Below, in pieces: positions 59,462 to 64,000 of a stretch of 64,000 nucleotides of DNA. Each line of letters begins with the position of its first letter. The first letter of the stretch is position 1. A model generated the notes under the pieces. The model did no database searches. It worked only from the letters and a program-made list of their open reading frames with translations, and was not told where the DNA came from. The position numbers were made by a program, and so were the translations under genes. Origin of the DNA: Nitrosopumilus sp. GTDB taxonomy: Archaea > Thermoproteota > Nitrososphaeria > Nitrososphaerales > Nitrosopumilaceae. Location: positions 1,024,001-1,088,000 of the forward strand of contig OZ252243.1 in the NCBI GenBank assembly GCA_965249555.1. The letters run 5' to 3'.

Positions 59462-60658
59462 TTGACTCTATTGGATTATAGATTAAGATTAGCAAAAAGA
59501 ATGCTTTTCAACAAAAGAGGTAGTTTGATTGGCGCAGTTTTAGCTGTAACAATTGGAATTTTGGTAATTCATGTAAATTTTGTAATATTTCAAGGACTGT
59601 TTGATGCTATAGTTAGAGATATCAGCGATTACAGAAATGGTGATGTTCTTGTTACTGATGAAGCTGATTATATCGACAAATCAGATTTATCACTTGTTAA
59701 TTGGTTTGAAAGAATTCCATATGTTGAAGCGGCAACACCGCGGCTTTCATCAACTGCCGAAATGAATATGACAAAAAATGGAAAACGAATTGAAGAAACT
59801 AGAGTACCACTTGTGGGAGTTGATCCATTCCGTGATATTAGAGCATCAACTGTACATGAAACTGTTACAGAAGGAAGCTATGTCTTCTCAAGAAATTCTA
59901 TTGTACTCGGAGCAAATGTAGCAAGAGATCTTGGAGGAGCTCAAGTGGGAGATAGTATCAAAGTTCTTGTAGTTGATAGATACGGAGAAGATCAAATTCG
60001 CAGGTTTACTGTTTCTGGAATTGCAAATTCACCTGGTGGTCAAGGATTTGATTATACAGCTGTTGTACATATTGATACTTTACGTGATATGATGAGTAGA
60101 TCCGATGCAACTGGTTCATTGATAGTAAAACTCAGTGATCCATCCAAAGCATTAGAAGTAAAAGAATTCTTTTTACGTTCTTTTCCTAATGATGATTTTC
60201 TTGCAGAAACCATAGAAGAATCAGCAGAACAACAACTTGCTGGTTTTAGATCTGGTATTGCAATGATCAACATAATAGGTTATTTTGGAATGATGTCATC
60301 AGCATTTGCTATTGTCACAATTCAGATGATGTTAGTAAATGGAAAGACTAGAGAAATTGGTGTCATGAGATCAATTGGAGCTAAAAGAAAAGATATTCTA
60401 ATTATTTTTATTTTTCAAGGAATGATAATTGGAGCAATCGGTGCTGGAGTAGGAACTGCTGCAGGATTAGGCTATACGTTTTATGCAAAGGAATCAAAAA
60501 TGACATTTAACAACAGTCTACCTCTTGAAGTCACCTATAACTGGGAAAAAATCGTACAAACTGCATTGACCTCATTTGCCTTGGCAATTATTGCATCACT
60601 ATACCCGTCGTATAGGGCAACTAAGCTGTTACCCGTGGAGGCTATGAGAACTGTCTAA
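59462..60658 (+). CDS. MacB/LolE/FtsX-type ABC permease
   Basis: TM1, large extracytoplasmic domain, REIGVMRSIGA, YPSYRATKL. Confidence 0.92.
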   Translation: MTLLDYRLRLAKRMLFNKRGSLIGAVLAVTIGILVIHVNFVIFQGLFDAIVRDISDYRNGDVLVTDEADYIDKSDLSLVNWFERIPYVEAATPRLSSTAEMNMTKNGKRIEETRVPLVGVDPFRDIRASTVHETVTEGSYVFSRNSIVLGANVARDLGGAQVGDSIKVLVVDRYGEDQIRRFTVSGIANSPGGQGFDYTAVVHIDTLRDMMSRSDATGSLIVKLSDPSKALEVKEFFLRSFPNDDFLAETIEESAEQQLAGFRSGIAMINIIGYFGMMSSAFAIVTIQMMLVNGKTREIGVMRSIGAKRKDILIIFIFQGMIIGAIGAGVGTAAGLGYTFYAKESKMTFNNSLPLEVTYNWEKIVQTALTSFALAIIASLYPSYRATKLLPVEAMRTV

Positions 60659-61355
60659 AGTACTTGAAATCAAAAATGTAAGTAAGATTTACGGAGAAGG
60701 AGAAAACAAAGTAAAAGCTCTTGATAATGTATCACTTTCAATTGGACAGGGAGAAGTTGTTTTAATTGTTGGAAGTTCAGGTTCTGGTAAATCTACATTA
60801 CTTAACATGATTGGATTATTAGATCATCCAACAAAAGGAAAGATCTTCATTGATGGAATTGACACTACAACATTAAATGATGATAAAATTTCCTCATTCA
60901 GAAATAAAAAATTAGGATTCATTTTCCAATTTTCTAATTTACTTACTGATCTTTCAGTACTAGAAAATGTATTGTTACCAAAACAAATTTCTGGAATTAA
61001 TGATACTGCTGAAAAAGATGCTAGAGATTTACTAAAAACAGTTGGACTTGAAGATCAAATGTACAAACGTGCAAATAAGATTTCAGGTGGACAAGCTCAA
61101 AGAGTGGCAATTGCAAGAGGATTAATCAATAAACCATCAATTGTTTTAGCTGATGAACCTACTGGTAATCTTGATTCAGTAACTTCAGAAACCATTGTTC
61201 AATTAATGAAATCAATGGCAAAAAAACTTAATCAAACATTCATTATTGTTACACACGAAAGAGAAAGTTTTGGTAATGTTGATAGAATAATTACAATCAA
61301 AGATGGTAGAGCATTTGAAGGTGAACAGCTATCAGAAGTGGAGGTTTTAGCATAA
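60651..61355 (+). CDS. LolD/MacB-type ABC ATPase
   Basis: Walker A GSSGSGKST lies upstream of the track start (60807). Frame opens after TGA 60645; inferred CTG start at 60651. Also SGGQAQR and DEPTGNLD. Confidence 0.9.
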   Translation: MSKVLEIKNVSKIYGEGENKVKALDNVSLSIGQGEVVLIVGSSGSGKSTLLNMIGLLDHPTKGKIFIDGIDTTTLNDDKISSFRNKKLGFIFQFSNLLTDLSVLENVLLPKQISGINDTAEKDARDLLKTVGLEDQMYKRANKISGGQAQRVAIARGLINKPSIVLADEPTGNLDSVTSETIVQLMKSMAKKLNQTFIIVTHERESFGNVDRIITIKDGRAFEGEQLSEVEVLA

Positions 61356-62659
61356 TGAATCTCAAACTTGTGTTATCATTATTTGTCATAGCACTTGCAC
61401 CATTTGTTTTTGATAATTCATTTGCGCAAATAACATCTGGAGGATTTGGTAATTCTCCTTTTGAAAGAGACTTTGGTGATGTCAAATTCTTAGATGCATA
61501 CTTTGGTACATTAAATCAAAAAATCGAAGTTGAATCAGGAGATGCTAATGTTCCATTTACAGTTGTATTTGCAAATGTAGGGACGCAAGATATTACAGGA
61601 ATTAGAGGTCAACTATCATTACCATTTGGGTTCTCTGCATCTGATGGTCCAGGCATGATAATTCGTGCTGACAGTGATTCAAATTCATTGGCAGGAGCAA
61701 ATTTTCATCTGACTTTTTTTGTAAATCTTGATAAAAATGTACAAATTCAACAGTATCCCGGAACAGTAAAAGTTGATTATTCTAGATTAAGAGAATCTGG
61801 AGTTAGAACAGCTTTTGCTGACTTTGATTTCAAAGTAACAGGTGATAGTGTGATAAATGTAAAAGCATTAGAACTATTTCTTACATCTTTACAATCAAAT
61901 GATGTAATAATTGAAATTGCAAATGATGGAACTGCTCCAATTTCTGGTGTAGATATTGTTACAAGTAACACACAGACAGAGCGTGCATCAACATCATCAT
62001 CAACTACTAATGTAGAAAATGTTGTTATTTTAGAATCAAACTGGGATATTGGAAATATTGATCCAAAATCTGCTAGATATTTTACTGTAACAGTATATGT
62101 ACCTGAGGGACTTAAAGGTGATACTTTACGAATCCCTTTGTCCATTTCATACTATAATGCACATGGTGATCAACAAACAGTTGCAAAGATTGTTGATTTT
62201 TACATTAAGGGATTAATTGATCTTCGTGTTTTTAATGTAGATGTAATTGAATTATCTGGAACACAAATGGTAATTGGAGAAATCATTAATGAAGGAAATG
62301 ATGATGGATTATTTGGTTTTGTAACTATTGATCCTCGTGGAGATTCTAATATCAAATCAAATACTCAATTTATTGATGAAATTGAAGTTGATGCACCTGT
62401 ACCATTTAATTTACCAATAGAATTTGATGGTGAAACAAGATATGGGGAACATGACATTACCGTTACTGTAAGATACAAAGATAGTGTTAGAGATGAGATC
62501 TTTCTAACTCATGATGCAACAATCTTTGTTCAAGAACCATCAAATGGCAATGAAGATGATCCTGATTTAACAATGATGATTATCCCAATTATTCTGGCTA
62601 TAGGGGCAGGAATTTACATTATGCGTAGGCGTAAAAAGACAGCAATTGAGACAAGTTAG
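61355..62659 (+). CDS. COG1361-like S-layer-domain surface protein
   Basis: Signal peptide, repeated Ig-like N(V/D/E)G modules, C-terminal TM + RRRKK; follows the MacB-type ABC genes. Confidence 0.8.
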   Translation: MNLKLVLSLFVIALAPFVFDNSFAQITSGGFGNSPFERDFGDVKFLDAYFGTLNQKIEVESGDANVPFTVVFANVGTQDITGIRGQLSLPFGFSASDGPGMIIRADSDSNSLAGANFHLTFFVNLDKNVQIQQYPGTVKVDYSRLRESGVRTAFADFDFKVTGDSVINVKALELFLTSLQSNDVIIEIANDGTAPISGVDIVTSNTQTERASTSSSTTNVENVVILESNWDIGNIDPKSARYFTVTVYVPEGLKGDTLRIPLSISYYNAHGDQQTVAKIVDFYIKGLIDLRVFNVDVIELSGTQMVIGEIINEGNDDGLFGFVTIDPRGDSNIKSNTQFIDEIEVDAPVPFNLPIEFDGETRYGEHDITVTVRYKDSVRDEIFLTHDATIFVQEPSNGNEDDPDLTMMIIPIILAIGAGIYIMRRRKKTAIETS

Positions 62660-62703
62660 AATTAAATTTCAAATCTAATACAAAAAAGTAAGGTTAATTC
62701 AAA

Positions 62704-63036
62704 ATGAGATTAAGTATTGTTGTTCTAATTTCAGTGTTAGTTGTTGGAAGTACTGTTATTCTTCTTGGTTTTCTTACAAATCAAGAATATGTAGAGATCC
62801 CTGAAATCTCTAATCAATATGAAAATTTAGAGAAATACAAGAATGAATTAGAAAAAATAAATCAATACAATCAACAAATCCTACAAGATCTGGAAGAACA
62901 GATCAAAAACTCTACTGACATTCATTTAGACCCAATAAATGAAGAGATCGAAGTAATAAAACAAGTTGTTAATGAAAACAAAGAAGAACTTGAACAGATA
63001 ATCGAAAAATTGTCTCAAATGGAATCTAAACCCTAA
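62704..63036 (+). CDS. Membrane-anchored coiled-coil protein
   Basis: N-terminal TM + E/Q/K-rich heptads. Confidence 0.7.
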   Translation: MRLSIVVLISVLVVGSTVILLGFLTNQEYVEIPEISNQYENLEKYKNELEKINQYNQQILQDLEEQIKNSTDIHLDPINEEIEVIKQVVNENKEELEQIIEKLSQMESKP

Positions 63037-63255
63037 TCTAATACTAGTTTCCAGTTCTGGGAAATTTACATCATGATTATATCATATCTTAAGGAGGTAA
63101 TATTGGGTATGGCAAAGGGCGTATTTCTCTTTCTAGTAGGAAGTATTGTAGGATTTATCACAACACCCCTTCTTTGAACATTTTTCTAAATTTGTATTAG
63201 TCACGCTATATTTTCTAGACCGTAAGATTATAAGCAATTACTAGATCTTGCGATC

Positions 63256-63630
63256 ATGTCAGAAAATGAGATTGAAGTGCCAAAAGAATTGCGAGAATTC
63301 ATGTTAGAGAACGCAGAAGAAACTTTCCTTGGACAAAAAAATGGCGCAAACAAACAATATCGTTATGGTAATTTACACATTAGAGAATATGATGATAAAT
63401 TTCTAGTTCATACAGACAAAGTTGATCCTAGAGAAAACCCACTTGGACATCTAATTCATGATGCACCTGAAGTTCTAATTGGTTTTGCATGTGCTGCACT
63501 AGGTGGCGCAAAGGCAATCTCAGCTGTGAAGCAAAAAAAATCTCCCGTTGCAGGAATTATAGGTTCTTTAGTTTTAGGTTATGCAGGATATCTAATTACA
63601 AAAAAGCTCAAAGCCTCAAAGGTGAAGTAA
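63256..63630 (+). CDS. Hypothetical protein with C-terminal TM segments
   Basis: QYRYGNLHIREY..HTDKVDP..HLIHDAPE followed by hydrophobic helices. Confidence 0.75.
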   Translation: MSENEIEVPKELREFMLENAEETFLGQKNGANKQYRYGNLHIREYDDKFLVHTDKVDPRENPLGHLIHDAPEVLIGFACAALGGAKAISAVKQKKSPVAGIIGSLVLGYAGYLITKKLKASKVK

Positions 63631-63631
63631 T

Positions 63632-64000
63632 ATCTTAACTATCCACACAATACATGTTATCATCAAGCTTTTACCATCTCTTATAGCTCTGAGAAAACAC
63701 AGAAGAGAATGGGTACAAAAAGAAGGAAAAAATATTGACCAAGAAAAATTCCGCAAAAATGCAAGACGTGTTTTAAAAACCTGTATAGATCTAGGACCAG
63801 TTTACATCAAGCTAGGACAATGGCTTTCATCTCGTGCAGATATTTTACCGCAACCATACATGGAAGAGCTTGCAAAGCTGCAAGATAATGTTCCAGCAGT
63901 ACCATTTGATAAAGTCAAACCAACTATAGAAAAAGACATTGGAGATATCAATGAAAAATTTGATGAGCTTGAAACAAAAGAGCTATCTGGAGCTTCACTA
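63632..64000 (+). CDS. ABC1/AarF/UbiB atypical kinase (5' part; runs off the window; not in ORF track)
   Basis: LGPVYIKLGQWLSSRADILPQPYMEELAKLQDNVP family motif. Frame opens after TGA 63623; inferred ATC start. Confidence 0.88.
   Translation, partial: MLTIHTIHVIIKLLPSLIALRKHRREWVQKEGKNIDQEKFRKNARRVLKTCIDLGPVYIKLGQWLSSRADILPQPYMEELAKLQDNVPAVPFDKVKPTIEKDIGDINEKFDELETKELSGASL

Noticed and set aside
3596-62145. Many 60-180 aa track ORFs antisense to or nested in identified genes (e.g. 4779-5138, 10059-10409, 14513-14899, 37250-37780, 61777-62145)
   Set aside because: Shadow frames of well-supported genes, with F/S/I/L-biased composition and no motifs.

Overview
AT-rich archaeal chromosome segment. 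Gene content (Rpo11-TFS-PCNA, aCPSF1/FttA, proteasome beta, EgsA, SepF, archaeal PoK/PPS CoA pathway, cupredoxin with a CFI-box-type C-terminal domain, PEF-type sorting protein, CbiH/CobJ, BluB) points to an ammonia-oxidising Thaumarchaeon of the Nitrosopumilus type. Most of the window is housekeeping backbone with two tRNA genes (Arg-CCT with a D-loop intron, Val-GAC). Small accessory islets interrupt it: (i) 1-2210, a SAMHD1/YwfO-like HD hydrolase plus YwgA/Panacea-like gene pair bounded by a tRNA 3'-end-like remnant, the best candidate for an uncharacterised defence or toxin-antitoxin module; (ii) 15.4-16.3 kb, decayed genes; (iii) 35-36.5 kb, microproteins including a metallothionein-like peptide; (iv) 42-43.3 kb, an amber-interrupted membrane protein; (v) 52-53 kb, a repeat-built surface protein. 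Hand translation also shows several microproteins absent from the ORF track, three genes apparently starting at ATA/CTG/ATC in the same Shine-Dalgarno register, and several genes split by a single lesion. No CRISPR array, rRNA, integrase or transposase was seen. All family calls come from motif recognition, not database searches.
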